Shown: positions 28,581 to 38,777, counted from the stretch's first letter. The stretch is DNA of 64,000 nt from a bacterium (GCA_021813125.1 JAKALT010000005.1:107-64106); one strand, 5' to 3'. Notes: generated from the letters alone by a model not told the origin. A program made the numbers and translations.

Positions 28581-29240
28581 ATGGTAGACATCTGGTTTCT
28601 TGGACAAGCTTGTATTAAGGTCAAAGGCAAGGGTGCCACACTTGTTTTTGATCCATATGACTCGAATTTTATTGGTTTAAAACCCTTAAAAACCGAAGCC
28701 GATATTGTTTGCGTGACTCATGGCCACGGTGACCATAACCACCTTGAAGCGGTTCGCGGAACAGACGGAAAAGAACCGTTTGTTATTAATGGTCCAGGCG
28801 AATATGAGATTTCCGGCATAAACGTTGTTGGCGTTGACAGTTTCCATGATGACGAGCAAGGGGCAAAGCGGGGCAAAAATACGATTTACCATGCAACCGT
28901 TGATGATGTAAACATTGTTCACTTGGGCGATTTGGGGCAAAAAAAATTAACGCAACCGCAGATTGAAGAACTTTCCGGATGCGACGTTTTGTTTATTCCC
29001 GTAGGTGGTGGCTATACAATTGAAGCAAAAGATGCACCGGACATAATTGCCCAGCTTGAACCTAAGATAGTTGTGCCAATACACTACAAACTGCCGGGAC
29101 TAAAAGTTGAATTGGCGGAAGTAGCGGATTTTTTGAAGGTAATGGGTAAAGAAAACGTAGAGCCCGTAGGTAAACTTTCAGTCTCCCGTGATAGGCTGCC
29201 AGAAGAAGTTGAAGTTGCTGTTTTAGCAGCGCAACAGTAA
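28581..29240 (+). CDS. Metallo-beta-lactamase fold hydrolase
   Basis: THGHGDH, GPGEYE, HLGDLG and PIHY motifs. Confidence 0.9.
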   Translation: MVDIWFLGQACIKVKGKGATLVFDPYDSNFIGLKPLKTEADIVCVTHGHGDHNHLEAVRGTDGKEPFVINGPGEYEISGINVVGVDSFHDDEQGAKRGKNTIYHATVDDVNIVHLGDLGQKKLTQPQIEELSGCDVLFIPVGGGYTIEAKDAPDIIAQLEPKIVVPIHYKLPGLKVELAEVADFLKVMGKENVEPVGKLSVSRDRLPEEVEVAVLAAQQ

Positions 29241-29255
29241 ATTATCAAAGTTAAA

Positions 29256-30635
29256 ATGAAGCAGAAAGTTAACTCACTGCGTGTGCCTCCACAGGATTTA
29301 GAAGCCGAAAGATCGATTTTGGGCGCTGTGCTTTTAGATTCGGATTCCCTTGTTTCAATTGTTCAAATTTTAAAACCGGAGCATTTTTACAAAGAAGCAC
29401 ATGGCGATATTTTAGGGGCGATTTATGACCTTTATGAAAAGCGCGAGCCGATTGATTTAATAACTTTAACTGCCGAGCTTAAGAAAAAAGGGAAGTTTGA
29501 CAAGGTTGGCGGAGCGGCATATCTAACGGATCTTGCCTCTTTGGTACCAACAGCTGCCAATATCGCCAGGTATGCCCAAATTGTTCGTGACCACTTTGTG
29601 AAGCGTCAGCTTATCTCAACAAGCACAAAAATTTCCCAGGCAGCTTTTGACGATAAAGGCGATGTCAGGACACTTCTGGACGAAACGGAACAGGCTGTTT
29701 TTGCGCTTTCCCAAGAGCAGATGCGCCAGAACTTTTTGCCACTTAGGGATGCTTTAGCTGAGAGTTTTGACAGGTTAGATGAACTTCACAAAAAAGCAGG
29801 GGGATTGCGCGGAGTACCTACAGGTTTTTGGGATCTGGATTCGAAACTGGCCGGTTTGCAGGATTCAAATTTAATAATATTGGCATCGAGGCCAGGTCAG
29901 GGTAAAACAAGTTTAACCTTAAATATTGCAGCCAACGTGGCTGTTCGCGAAGGGCTTCCGGTAGGTATATTTTCTTTGGAAATGAGCAAGGAAGAGTTGG
30001 TGGACAGGTTGTTAGTTTCGCAATCCGAAGTAGATGCCTGGAAACTTAAGACTGGAAGGTTAGACGACAATGATTTTGACAGGTTGCAGGAGGCGATGGG
30101 GGTTCTGGCGGACGCACCGCTTTTTATCGACGACACGCCTGCTATAAACATTATGGAAATGAGAACCAAAGCGAGGCGTTTGCAGGTAGAACACGGACTT
30201 TCGCTTCTTATTGTCGACTACCTTCAGCTAATGCACGGAAGAAATTTGGAAAACCGGGTCCAAGAGGTTTCGGAAATTTCGCAGTCTCTCAAGAATTTGG
30301 CAAGGGAGCTTAAGATTCCTGTTTTAGCCTGTTCTCAGCTTTCGCGTGCAGTTGAACAAAGGGGAAGCCGAAAACCCCAACTTGCCGATCTTAGGGAATC
30401 CGGAGCTATTGAGCAGGACGCAGACGTTGTGATGTTTATTTGGAGACCGGATCCGGAAAATATTGAGCAGGTAAAACTGGATATCCAAAAACACAGGAAT
30501 GGTCCAACCGGCGAAATAGACATGACGTTTAAGGCGGACAGGGTTAAGTTTTACGGAACAGAAAAGCAAAGAATTGTAAGAGAGCCTAAAAAAGTTCAAG
30601 TCGAAGAAGCCGGGACTGCCGCTTTAATTGAGTAA
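29256..30635 (+). CDS. dnaB: Replicative DNA helicase
   Basis: PPQDLEAE, ASRPGQGKT, VDYLQL, SQLSR and DLRESGAIEQDAD motifs. Confidence 0.98.
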   Translation: MKQKVNSLRVPPQDLEAERSILGAVLLDSDSLVSIVQILKPEHFYKEAHGDILGAIYDLYEKREPIDLITLTAELKKKGKFDKVGGAAYLTDLASLVPTAANIARYAQIVRDHFVKRQLISTSTKISQAAFDDKGDVRTLLDETEQAVFALSQEQMRQNFLPLRDALAESFDRLDELHKKAGGLRGVPTGFWDLDSKLAGLQDSNLIILASRPGQGKTSLTLNIAANVAVREGLPVGIFSLEMSKEELVDRLLVSQSEVDAWKLKTGRLDDNDFDRLQEAMGVLADAPLFIDDTPAINIMEMRTKARRLQVEHGLSLLIVDYLQLMHGRNLENRVQEVSEISQSLKNLARELKIPVLACSQLSRAVEQRGSRKPQLADLRESGAIEQDADVVMFIWRPDPENIEQVKLDIQKHRNGPTGEIDMTFKADRVKFYGTEKQRIVREPKKVQVEEAGTAALIE

Positions 30636-30640
30636 TTCCG

Positions 30641-31507
30641 TTAATTTTGGAAGGTTACCGTACGGGGAGCTGATACCGAAGTGTTACCAGCTTCGTCGTA
30701 GGCCTTAGCTAAAAGCACATGGGCTCCGTTTTGGTATTTGGAGGTATTAAAGGAGAAGGGAAGTGTGAAGTCGGTTTTTTCGCCAATTACTTTTTCGTCC
30801 AGTAAAAATTCAACTTTTATAACTTTACCGCTTTGACTAACGTCTCCGAAAATAATTGCAAGTGTTGCACTTTTTAGGGAAAAATCTTTTGTTGCCGTAA
30901 ACTCGAAAATGTTGTCGCCCGTTTTTAGTTTCGAGGCTTCAAAATTGTATGTTTGCTTTTGGGTGTCGGATTCGGAAGTGTTGAAGCTCGGGCCGCAACT
31001 TTCCTTGGTTGCGCCGGTTAGTGCGATTTGGCACTGATCTTTGCTAGTGATGCCATTTGTTTCATAAAGAAGTTGAGCGGAGGTGGCTTTTTTAAGGTCA
31101 TCGGCAACGTTTATTGTTACAGTTTGCAATTGGGCGGGTGTGACTTTTAAGTCGGAAACCGAACCCTTATATGCCTTTTGGTTAATTGTGTTGTCCGCGA
31201 CAAATACGACAACATTTGATTGCCCTTTTAGGCTATCTCCGTTTTGGGGCTGAGTGATAGAAATTTGGGGATTTTCGGCATCGTTTACGTTTGCGTATTT
31301 AGATTTTTGGTTTTTGTTTAGAACGTAAGCTATCGAGGCTGCAGCCAAAAGAAGGATAAAAAAAACCAAAAAGATTTTTTTGGGAAATTTACGCTTGTCT
31401 TTTATGACAAAACGGATTTTATCTTCTTTGGTCATTTTCGGGAATGGGTTGGAAGCTGTGGCGCCCGGAATTTGGGGAACAGAATCGTTGGAGATTGAAT
31501 CTGGCAT
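30641..31507 (-). CDS. Membrane-anchored bacterial Ig-like domain protein
   Basis: TM helix; KVEF..D...NG.H.L.AKAYDEAGN. Confidence 0.7.
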   Translation of the reverse strand: MPDSISNDSVPQIPGATASNPFPKMTKEDKIRFVIKDKRKFPKKIFLVFFILLLAAASIAYVLNKNQKSKYANVNDAENPQISITQPQNGDSLKGQSNVVVFVADNTINQKAYKGSVSDLKVTPAQLQTVTINVADDLKKATSAQLLYETNGITSKDQCQIALTGATKESCGPSFNTSESDTQKQTYNFEASKLKTGDNIFEFTATKDFSLKSATLAIIFGDVSQSGKVIKVEFLLDEKVIGEKTDFTLPFSFNTSKYQNGAHVLLAKAYDEAGNTSVSAPRTVTFQN

Positions 31508-31544
31508 AGATCAATTAAAGCATAGAGCGGGTATTAAGTTAAGA

Positions 31545-32123
31545 CTATTTGGCAATTTCCAGAAGGCTTTCGAGGGCGATTGGAAGCTGGGTAGTGCCTG
31601 TTGAGCCCGAGAAATGGCCCATATTGTGTTCTACAATGATTTTGGAATTGAGTTTATCGTGGAAGTCATCCTGATTGTCCAGAGGAACGTATGGGTCGTT
31701 GTCGGAAAAGATGGCAACACTTTTAGTTAATATATTTTTCACTTTATCAAAGTCAAGCGAAGTTGTAAGCCAGGGATTTGCGATTTCTTTTGCCTCTTCG
31801 CCTTCCAATTTTGTTAATCTTTTGAAAAAACCGGCGACAAAGACGGCTCCGCCAACTTTTGTATCGGCAGGCAGGGTGTCGAGGTAACGGGCAATGGTAG
31901 AACAACCGATACTGTGGCCAACAAAATAAGTATTTTCGTCGGCGGTTCCAACTGTGTTGGCAAGAGCCGTGACCCAAGGTTCAATTTTTGGAATTTCCGG
32001 TTCGGGTAATTGGGGAACAGTGACTTGGAAGCCTTTTTGCTTAAGCTGGCTTTTTAACCACGGAAACCAACCCTCTTCGGGATAGCCGTCCCAACCATGA
32101 ACTATGATAACACGTTTTTGCAT
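31545..32123 (-). CDS. RBBP9/YdeN family alpha/beta hydrolase
   Basis: IVHG..WFPWL, GHSIG, SDNDPYV and GHF motifs; start trimmed to MQKRV. Confidence 0.9.
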   Translation of the reverse strand: MQKRVIIVHGWDGYPEEGWFPWLKSQLKQKGFQVTVPQLPEPEIPKIEPWVTALANTVGTADENTYFVGHSIGCSTIARYLDTLPADTKVGGAVFVAGFFKRLTKLEGEEAKEIANPWLTTSLDFDKVKNILTKSVAIFSDNDPYVPLDNQDDFHDKLNSKIIVEHNMGHFSGSTGTTQLPIALESLLEIAK

Positions 32124-32128
32124 ATTAG

Positions 32129-32213
32129 TGGCCGGGGAGGGAGTCGAACCCTCACGGGCGTTAAGCCCATACGTTTTTGAGACGTAACTGTCTACCAGTT
32201 CCAGCACCCGGCC
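32129..32213 (-). tRNA. tRNA-Leu(CAA)
   Basis: GGCCGGG/CCCGGCC acceptor stem, TACGT-CTCAAAA-ACGTA anticodon arm, long variable arm, GGTTCGACTCC T-arm. Confidence 0.92.
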
Positions 32214-32287
32214 AAATTTGCACTCATAAGTTTTGGTTTTAGCTATTGGCTAAAACGTTTTTGAAGTAAACTTCAAAAAAAGATACT

Positions 32288-32316
32288 TACGCGTCTGCCA
32301 GTTCCGCCACCGCGCC
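32288..32316 (-). pseudogene. Orphan 5' part of a second tRNA-Leu
   Basis: GGCGCGGTGGCGGAACTGGCAGACGCGTA (acceptor 5' strand plus D-arm), 74 nt upstream of the intact tRNA. Confidence 0.75.
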
Positions 32317-32378
32317 TAGACTGTTGCAAATAAAAGCTTGTCTATTATATGATTTTCGGAAGGTTAATTCTACAAAAA

Positions 32379-32723
32379 ATGGCTAAGGAAATAATAGTTG
32401 GCATTAACGTAGCGCATCACGAGGCGTTCACGAGAGCTGTTGAAAATAATCCGCAAATTGATCATAGAAATTTTAACCCGCACTTGGCCATGCGTTGTAC
32501 GATAGCAGATGAATTGAATATGAATGGGTCTGCCCAAGTGAGTGCAGATGTTAATGGGGGGCCGCTTGATGTACGTGTAAATGGAAACAAAATTGATCAG
32601 GGTGGCGCAATAACAAGGCCAGTCTTGGAGTCTGTTATTGAGGTGTATTGCCCGGGACAAGGAGCTAGAATTGCATCGGCAATGCTCAATAAGGGCACAA
32701 TACTTTCACTCCGCAGACCTTGA
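32379..32723 (+). CDS. Hypothetical protein
   Basis: ORF MAKEIIVG...; no family recognised. Confidence 0.55.
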   Translation: MAKEIIVGINVAHHEAFTRAVENNPQIDHRNFNPHLAMRCTIADELNMNGSAQVSADVNGGPLDVRVNGNKIDQGGAITRPVLESVIEVYCPGQGARIASAMLNKGTILSLRRP

Positions 32724-32759
32724 TAGATTTAGCCGATTGAGCTATCATTTGTAGTTAAC

Positions 32760-33728
32760 GTGACAATCCAAGAAATTTACCAGTTAGCCCTTAAAATGGG
32801 AATGGAGGCCGATCCTCGTGGCAAGGAGGGAGTTCAAGCATATCTAAAGCGCCAGAAGCAGGAATATGACCAGCTCCCGAAAAGTAAACAAGAGCATTTT
32901 GATGTAGAGACCTTAACAAACCCTTATTCGGACACAAGAATTTTGTATGGTGACGGGAAAAAGAAGGTTAAAAAGGTAATGGCGGGTATTGATTCCAATG
33001 GCGCGGAAGTTCTTTTGTTCGACCGGCTAAACCAAAAAGGGATGGGCCTGGATCTTCTAATAGGTCATCACCCAACAGGTCATGCGCTGGCAAGTCTTCA
33101 TGAAGTTATGGACATTCAGGTAGACACTTTTGCCCAAAGCGGTGTTCCCGAAAATGTTGCTTATTCGCTATTTCGTGAAACAATGGGAATGGTCAAAAGG
33201 AAATTCGGCCCTCTAAACCATTCGCAAACGGTCGATGCTGCAAGGCTTTTAGATGTGCCGCTTCTGGCGCTTCATACTGTTTGGGACAATATAGGTGATG
33301 CGTTTATGCGTAAATATCTGCTCGGTAAGAGTTATGGAACTGTTGCCGATGTTTTGGATGCAATTTGTGAAATTCCGGAATTTAAAGAAGCTATAAAGGG
33401 TAAAGCCGGTCCGAGTATTGTTTCGGGATCCGACAAAGCTAGAACCGGAAAAGTAGTTGTTTCTTTTACCGGTGGGACTAACCCTTCAAAGGAGCTTTAC
33501 AAAGCGCTGGCGGAAGCAGGAGTAGGTACGTTAGTTGAAATGCATATTCCGGAAGATTCGGTGCAGGAGCTCAAAAAATCCCACATAAATGCGATTGATG
33601 TAGGGCACATGGCAGCCGATTCAATTGGAGCCAATATATTTTTGGACGAGTTGGAAAAGCAAGGAGTAGACGTAGTCCCTGCTTCGGGGCTTATTCGCGT
33701 AAAAAGATCAAAATCCAAAAAGAGTTAA
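32760..33728 (+). CDS. NIF3/NGG1p-interacting-like metal-binding protein
   Basis: NPYSDTR, AGID, GHHP and GHMAADSIG motifs. Confidence 0.8.
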   Translation: MTIQEIYQLALKMGMEADPRGKEGVQAYLKRQKQEYDQLPKSKQEHFDVETLTNPYSDTRILYGDGKKKVKKVMAGIDSNGAEVLLFDRLNQKGMGLDLLIGHHPTGHALASLHEVMDIQVDTFAQSGVPENVAYSLFRETMGMVKRKFGPLNHSQTVDAARLLDVPLLALHTVWDNIGDAFMRKYLLGKSYGTVADVLDAICEIPEFKEAIKGKAGPSIVSGSDKARTGKVVVSFTGGTNPSKELYKALAEAGVGTLVEMHIPEDSVQELKKSHINAIDVGHMAADSIGANIFLDELEKQGVDVVPASGLIRVKRSKSKKS

Positions 33729-33734
33729 CTTCTC

Positions 33735-34292
33735 ATGATTTCCGTTACAGAACTTAGGGCTGGCACCGTTTTTGAGGAACAGGGAAAATATTTTCTTGTA
33801 CTCACGTATGAACACATTAAGGTTGCGCGCGGTTCGGGAACCGTAAAAGTTAAAGTCCAGAATTTAGAAAGCGGTGCAAATATTGAAAAATCTTTCCAGA
33901 CAGGGGCCAGGGTTCAAGATACCGTTGTAGACCGCAGGAAAGTCCAATATTTATACACAGACGATAAAATTCATGTAATGGACATGGAAACTTATGAGCA
34001 GTTTGAACTGGACAGGAAACTGGCCGAAGATCTTTCTAAATATTTAAAAGAAGGTTTGGAAATTACGCTATTTTCAGTAGAAGGAAAGCCATTGTACTTG
34101 GAAATTCCCAAAATTGTTGATTATAAAGTGGCTCAAACCGGGGGATCTGCTCGGGGCAATACTGTAGGCGCAAGTTACAAGGATGCGGTTATGGAAAACG
34201 GTTTGGTTGTGAAAGTTCCGCTATTTATCAAAAACGGCGAAGTGATTCGGGTGGATACCAGGAGTGGTGATTACGTCGAGAGAGCAAAGTAA
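33735..34292 (+). CDS. efp: Elongation factor P
   Basis: HIKVARG, QYLY, VPLFI and VDTRSGDYVER motifs. Confidence 0.95.
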   Translation: MISVTELRAGTVFEEQGKYFLVLTYEHIKVARGSGTVKVKVQNLESGANIEKSFQTGARVQDTVVDRRKVQYLYTDDKIHVMDMETYEQFELDRKLAEDLSKYLKEGLEITLFSVEGKPLYLEIPKIVDYKVAQTGGSARGNTVGASYKDAVMENGLVVKVPLFIKNGEVIRVDTRSGDYVERAK

Positions 34293-35327
34293 TCAGGGAT
34301 TTGTTGCGTAAAGTGATTCAGCAAGTTTTATCAGGTCTTTTTTTGGATAACTACCCATTTGTTCACCCGCTGGTATGACTCTGATTTGAATTATTATTCC
34401 GTTGCGGTAAATTCTTAATTCCTTATCCAGGTTGTTCTGTTCGAGAATATTAATTGCTGGATAATCATTAATCTTCATTTCTTCCAATTGGATATTGTAT
34501 GATGGTCCTTCAAATTGCTGATATCTTTTTAATTCTGCAAGATCGTGACTAAAGAGCTCGGTGTCTGAAAAGTTTTTAACTGGTTTGAGTTCTCTTATAT
34601 CAAGTTCATCATCCTGATTATTTCTGAATCCTCTCTGATTGTCGAGCCACCAGCCTTCGTAACTTAACCAGCTGAAATCTATGCCGTTAACACTTCTGTA
34701 GGGTTTGAGAGTCTTATTATTTCTATTGTCATTGGTCATATTGAAAATCATTTTTTTGTTAGCAAACGTTCCGTAATTTGAATCGTATAGGGGCATACCA
34801 CTTTCTTTGATTATGACCTGTTCTCTTTTTGCCCCGGCTTTTTGGGCATTTCTTGTTGTAATACTTTTTACTGAGGCAATAGTTGGTATGAGTGCAGAAA
34901 TAATAACGACAAGAATGAGAGAAAATGCAACTGGGAGTTCTTGGAAAAAAACAGGAATTGATGCAGAGAAGGGAACTGTTATCACGAAGACAGCAATTAA
35001 AAAGAAACCTGCTGCGATGCATCCAAGTTCTTCGCAAGTGTAGCTGACATAAAGTGTAGCTAAAGTCAGAAGGATCAAAATTACAAAAAATATTGAGAGT
35101 ACTGTGAATTTAGCCCGCGATTGGTAGGCTGCTATTGATAGGAGATAACCTACAAATACAGCAATTATCATAGGCAGAATAAAAACCTGTAATGCTCCTT
35201 TCAGCATTGACGAATTAAAAAAATTTATTCCGATAATGCTATTTAGGATAAGGATCGTAGCAAAGGATAAGACACAACCTACAAAGTAGATAACTGTACT
35301 TTTTAAAATATTGCCGTTGTTTCCCAT
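34293..35327 (-). CDS. Hypothetical membrane protein
   Basis: Five N-terminal TM helices plus a soluble domain; AT-rich. Confidence 0.65.
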   Translation of the reverse strand: MGNNGNILKSTVIYFVGCVLSFATILILNSIIGINFFNSSMLKGALQVFILPMIIAVFVGYLLSIAAYQSRAKFTVLSIFFVILILLTLATLYVSYTCEELGCIAAGFFLIAVFVITVPFSASIPVFFQELPVAFSLILVVIISALIPTIASVKSITTRNAQKAGAKREQVIIKESGMPLYDSNYGTFANKKMIFNMTNDNRNNKTLKPYRSVNGIDFSWLSYEGWWLDNQRGFRNNQDDELDIRELKPVKNFSDTELFSHDLAELKRYQQFEGPSYNIQLEEMKINDYPAINILEQNNLDKELRIYRNGIIIQIRVIPAGEQMGSYPKKDLIKLAESLYATNP

Positions 35328-35502
35328 CTAGTCTGTCCTAATAAGAATATAGCACAAAAGGAATTAGAAATTTGCGGCGAAGGCTTGGGCGAGATGGCAA
35401 GGTCGCCGAGACGAAAACTATCTGGGTTGATACCAGAAACGGGGATTATGTTGAGAGAGCGAAGTAAACTCCAAGTTCCAAACTCCAAAACCCAATTTTA
35501 AT

Positions 35503-35982
35503 TTATCTGTAAGCGAGGACGGTTGTTATGTTACTTGGGCCACCAAGAGCAAAGAGAACTAAAAGTCCAACTATAACTACTTGTGTAACCAAGCCCCAAG
35601 GAAGCTGCATACGGGATTGCAGTTTGTGGCCGAGGTAATCCATCCAGGAAAATGGTGGAACCTTAAAATTAAACATCCAGCTTGGAGCTTCAAGCCAATC
35701 AGGAAGCTGAGCCGAGATTACCATTGTAAGTAGATAAACGGGTTTTTCAAATGCCAAACCCCTAAAAAGAATTGCAACCAGTGCAAAGCCTAAAAGAACG
35801 TCGAGCACTGCTTCTATTTTCAGCCTGAAAGCGGTTTTATTTCGGTGGTTTGTGCCGGCATCCCAATGGGGAACAAGATCTGCTAAAAAGTGAGACGCGA
35901 TAGCAAGTGGGATTCCGATTACGGGATTGGTGATTTTTGCGGCCAGACTTGCCCCAATTAATGCATGTGAAGTTGCCGTCAT
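35503..35982 (-). CDS. Membrane metal-dependent hydrolase-like protein
   Basis: H..G..SHFLADLVPHWD and LPD motifs. Confidence 0.7.
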   Translation of the reverse strand: MTATSHALIGASLAAKITNPVIGIPLAIASHFLADLVPHWDAGTNHRNKTAFRLKIEAVLDVLLGFALVAILFRGLAFEKPVYLLTMVISAQLPDWLEAPSWMFNFKVPPFSWMDYLGHKLQSRMQLPWGLVTQVVIVGLLVLFALGGPSNITTVLAYR

Positions 35983-36073
35983 TTATGTTTTTTGGACTGC
36001 AGGCTAATAGCAGTAGTACAAGGATCAATATATCATATTTAAGGTATTGATCAAAGTATTGGAGTGCCAGGCA

Positions 36074-36196
36074 AAAGGGCAGGTCTTTTGTCTGGGAGGT
36101 AACGAGTTTTTATCCCAAGGTCAGGTCTTAGGCATAGTAAATCCTTGTAAGGCCTGACCTTTGTTGATAGATTCTGTTTAATTTGGGCCTGCCTTT
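36074..36196. repeat. Nested REP-like inverted repeats (AAGGTCAGGCCTT family)
   Basis: Inner arms 36117-36129 and 36149-36161, inside an outer GGGCAGG/CCTGCCT pair. Confidence 0.75.
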
Positions 36197-36252
36197 GGCA
36201 TAGCCATCTTGGTCTTGATGAGAAGTTGGATGTTTTCTATAATATGATTCCT

Positions 36253-37158
36253 ATGTTGCTCTTTCCCCCGAAGGTTTTGGAAATTTTACTAAACCCGATT
36301 GGCATTATTTTTGCGTTTATTTTTGGCGCATTTCTGTTTTGGAGATCTAGCCGTTATGAACTTGTTGACTCGCAGGATATTTTTGACGTGATCCTCCTTT
36401 TTTTGCTTGGAGCCTTGTTTTTGGGAAGGGTAGGGGATTTTTTAGTAAGGCCTGATCTTTACAAATGGTCCTTTGCAAGACTTTTCTTCTTTAATGTTTT
36501 CAGGGGCTTTGACTGGTACTTGGCTTTTTTAGGTGGGGCATCTGCCGTCTGGTTTTATATGAAAAACAGAAGAGAAAGTTTTTGGTTTGTTTTTGACCTG
36601 GCGGCGGCTCCAATTATTTTTTCCCTGAGTTTATATTTTACAGTTGTTTATGTTATTGCAATTTCCGCGAAAGGGTTAACAGCTAATTGGCAGGGGCTGA
36701 TTCTAGCCTTTTATTATTTTATTGTTTTTTGGGCTTTAAAGAGACTTGAAAAGAGGAAGAGGCATAGAGGGTTTTTTGCGTGCATGGCGATTTTTTCTAT
36801 TGCATGTTCCAGCTTGGCTTTTGGCATTTTTCCAACGTCAAGGATTTTTACAGGGTACGTAACATACCAATTTATCTGGGGCTTTTTAATGTTAATATAT
36901 GTAGTGCCCAGTTGGTATATTTTGGCCAAGCGAAAAATATCAAACGATTTCAAAAGTTTCTTTGCGGGGATTTTGCTTTCCGTATTTAAGACTAAGCGGG
37001 TAATTTTCAGCACAAGAGAAGCTGATGGTGTGGCGAAGGTAATTGTTCTTTCACCATTCACATTGGTAAAAGGTGCATGGTTTCTAGTAAAATTAGTAAG
37101 TCGTGAGGTGGCCGGAGGGCTTTTGGATTTTGTTCACGCATTAGGAATAGGAAGATGA
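36253..37158 (+). CDS. Lgt-like membrane protein
   Basis: GR..F, G...GG and FDLAA pattern; near lspA; diverged. Confidence 0.55.
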   Translation: MLLFPPKVLEILLNPIGIIFAFIFGAFLFWRSSRYELVDSQDIFDVILLFLLGALFLGRVGDFLVRPDLYKWSFARLFFFNVFRGFDWYLAFLGGASAVWFYMKNRRESFWFVFDLAAAPIIFSLSLYFTVVYVIAISAKGLTANWQGLILAFYYFIVFWALKRLEKRKRHRGFFACMAIFSIACSSLAFGIFPTSRIFTGYVTYQFIWGFLMLIYVVPSWYILAKRKISNDFKSFFAGILLSVFKTKRVIFSTREADGVAKVIVLSPFTLVKGAWFLVKLVSREVAGGLLDFVHALGIGR

Positions 37159-37505
37159 TTGATATATCAAAAATTAGAAGCAAGGTTGAAAAACAAAGGA
37201 ATATAATCCTCAAAAAACTTGGGAGAATTAAAGAGGAAGACCCGTTCGCTTCTGAGGACAGGTCTCTTATAGTCGAACCGGGGACAGATGCGGCAGTGCT
37301 TTCGGGGCACGAGCGGGCAGTTGTTTTGGAAGACAGGTTGAAATCAGACCTCAAAGAGATTGAATCGGCCCTGAAGAAGATTAAAAAAGGTACCTATGGT
37401 TTGTGCGAGAGGTGCGGTAAACCGATTGACGCCGGAAGGCTTGAAGTTAAACCGCAGGCAGTGTATTGCCTGAAGTGCGAGAGTGAAATTGAAACTAAAA
37501 AATAG
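37155..37505 (+). CDS. TraR/DksA C4 zinc-finger protein
   Basis: ALKKIKKGTYGLCERCG..RL..P.A.YCLKC. Confidence 0.9.
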   Translation: MIDISKIRSKVEKQRNIILKKLGRIKEEDPFASEDRSLIVEPGTDAAVLSGHERAVVLEDRLKSDLKEIESALKKIKKGTYGLCERCGKPIDAGRLEVKPQAVYCLKCESEIETKK

Positions 37506-37893
37506 ACTCCTCCTAGCCTTCGTAGTTTTTACTATTCTATTTTTGGATCAAGTGTCTAAGTTTTTTGCCGATAATTTTTTTCAAGTTGCCTGCAACAAGG
37601 GTGGCGCATTCGGTTTGGGGGGTAATTTTGGTTTTATTTCGGGATTAGTTCTGGGTATAGTTTTCTGGCTTATTCTGCAGGAGAAAAAAGCTTCGAATAT
37701 ACTGGGTTTGTCGCTAATTTTTGGCGGCGGTGTTTCTAATTTTCTCGACAGGGTTTTTATTGGCTGCGTCAGGGATTTTGTGGATTTGAAATTCTTTCCA
37801 AATTTTAATTTGGCGGATAGTGCGATTACAATTGGGGCGTTTTTGATATTTTTTAACCTGATTTTTCGAAGGCAGGATGCTGATGAATCTTAA
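37483..37893 (+). CDS. lspA: Lipoprotein signal peptidase
   Basis: DQVSK, N.GGAFG, NFLDR, VRDF and FNLAD motifs. Confidence 0.9.
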   Translation: MKLKLKNRLLLAFVVFTILFLDQVSKFFADNFFQVACNKGGAFGLGGNFGFISGLVLGIVFWLILQEKKASNILGLSLIFGGGVSNFLDRVFIGCVRDFVDLKFFPNFNLADSAITIGAFLIFFNLIFRRQDADES

Positions 37894-38671
37894 TATTATT
37901 TTTGAAAATTCCGATATTTTGGTTTTAGACAAGCCATCGGGGCTTATTGTAAACAGGGCCGAAACGACAAAGGAAGAAACACTGCAGGATCAACTTGCAG
38001 AATACTTTCAGTTAAAATCCGGTGATTTTGGGATAGGGGAAAGAGCGGGAATAGTTCACAGGCTGGATCGGGAAACATCCGGCGTCTTGGTTATTGCAAA
38101 GACCCAAAAAGCGTTTATATATATGCAAAATGAATTCAAGGAAAGACGTGTTAAAAAAGAGTATGCAGCTTTGGTCCATGGCAGGCTGCGCGAAAAATCG
38201 GGAGTTATCAAAAGCAGGATAGCGAGAATCGGAAAATTTGGCAGATTTGGCAACTTAAAAGAGAGGGAAATTGGTGGCCGGGAATCGGAAACTGATTTTG
38301 AACTGGTGTCCAGCTACCAGTATCCGGATTTCAGTTTGGAAAAAATTGCCCAGGATTCGGGCTACAATAAAAGCAGATTAAGATATTTGGGGAAGAACGC
38401 TCTTGATTATAGTCTGCTTTCGGTTTTTCCAAAAACAGGCAGGACACACCAGATCCGCGTACATTTAAAATCGATTGGGCATCCGGTAGTTTCGGATTCA
38501 ATTTATGCTCCGTCGAAGCTTTTGAAATTTGATCTTTTGTGGTGCCCGCGACTTTTTTTGCATGCAAAAAGTATTTCTTTTTCCGACCCTAAATCAAAAA
38601 AGATTTTAAATTTTAAATCCGACTTGCCAAACGAGCTTAAAAATGCGATGCTTTTTCTAACGATAAGTTAA
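37877..38671 (+). CDS. RluA/RluD family pseudouridine synthase
   Basis: HRLDRETSG, TGRTHQIRVH and LFLHA motifs. Confidence 0.95.
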   Translation: MLMNLNIIFENSDILVLDKPSGLIVNRAETTKEETLQDQLAEYFQLKSGDFGIGERAGIVHRLDRETSGVLVIAKTQKAFIYMQNEFKERRVKKEYAALVHGRLREKSGVIKSRIARIGKFGRFGNLKEREIGGRESETDFELVSSYQYPDFSLEKIAQDSGYNKSRLRYLGKNALDYSLLSVFPKTGRTHQIRVHLKSIGHPVVSDSIYAPSKLLKFDLLWCPRLFLHAKSISFSDPKSKKILNFKSDLPNELKNAMLFLTIS

Positions 38672-38696
38672 ATGGAAGCAAGGCCAGATTAAGATT

Positions 38697-38745
38697 AAGG
38701 TCAGGCTCTTGCACTTTGACTATCACAGGGTTAAGGCCTGACCTT
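38697..38745. repeat. REP-like inverted repeat
   Basis: AAGGTCAGGCTCTT...AAGGCCTGACCTT. Confidence 0.75.
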
Positions 38746-38777
38746 TGCTAAGGCCGAAAAACGAACAAAAACTGCCT

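Noticed and set aside
32124-32207. N-terminal extension of the hydrolase ORF in the ORF track
   Set aside because: It overlaps tRNA-Leu; the real start is probably ATG at 32123
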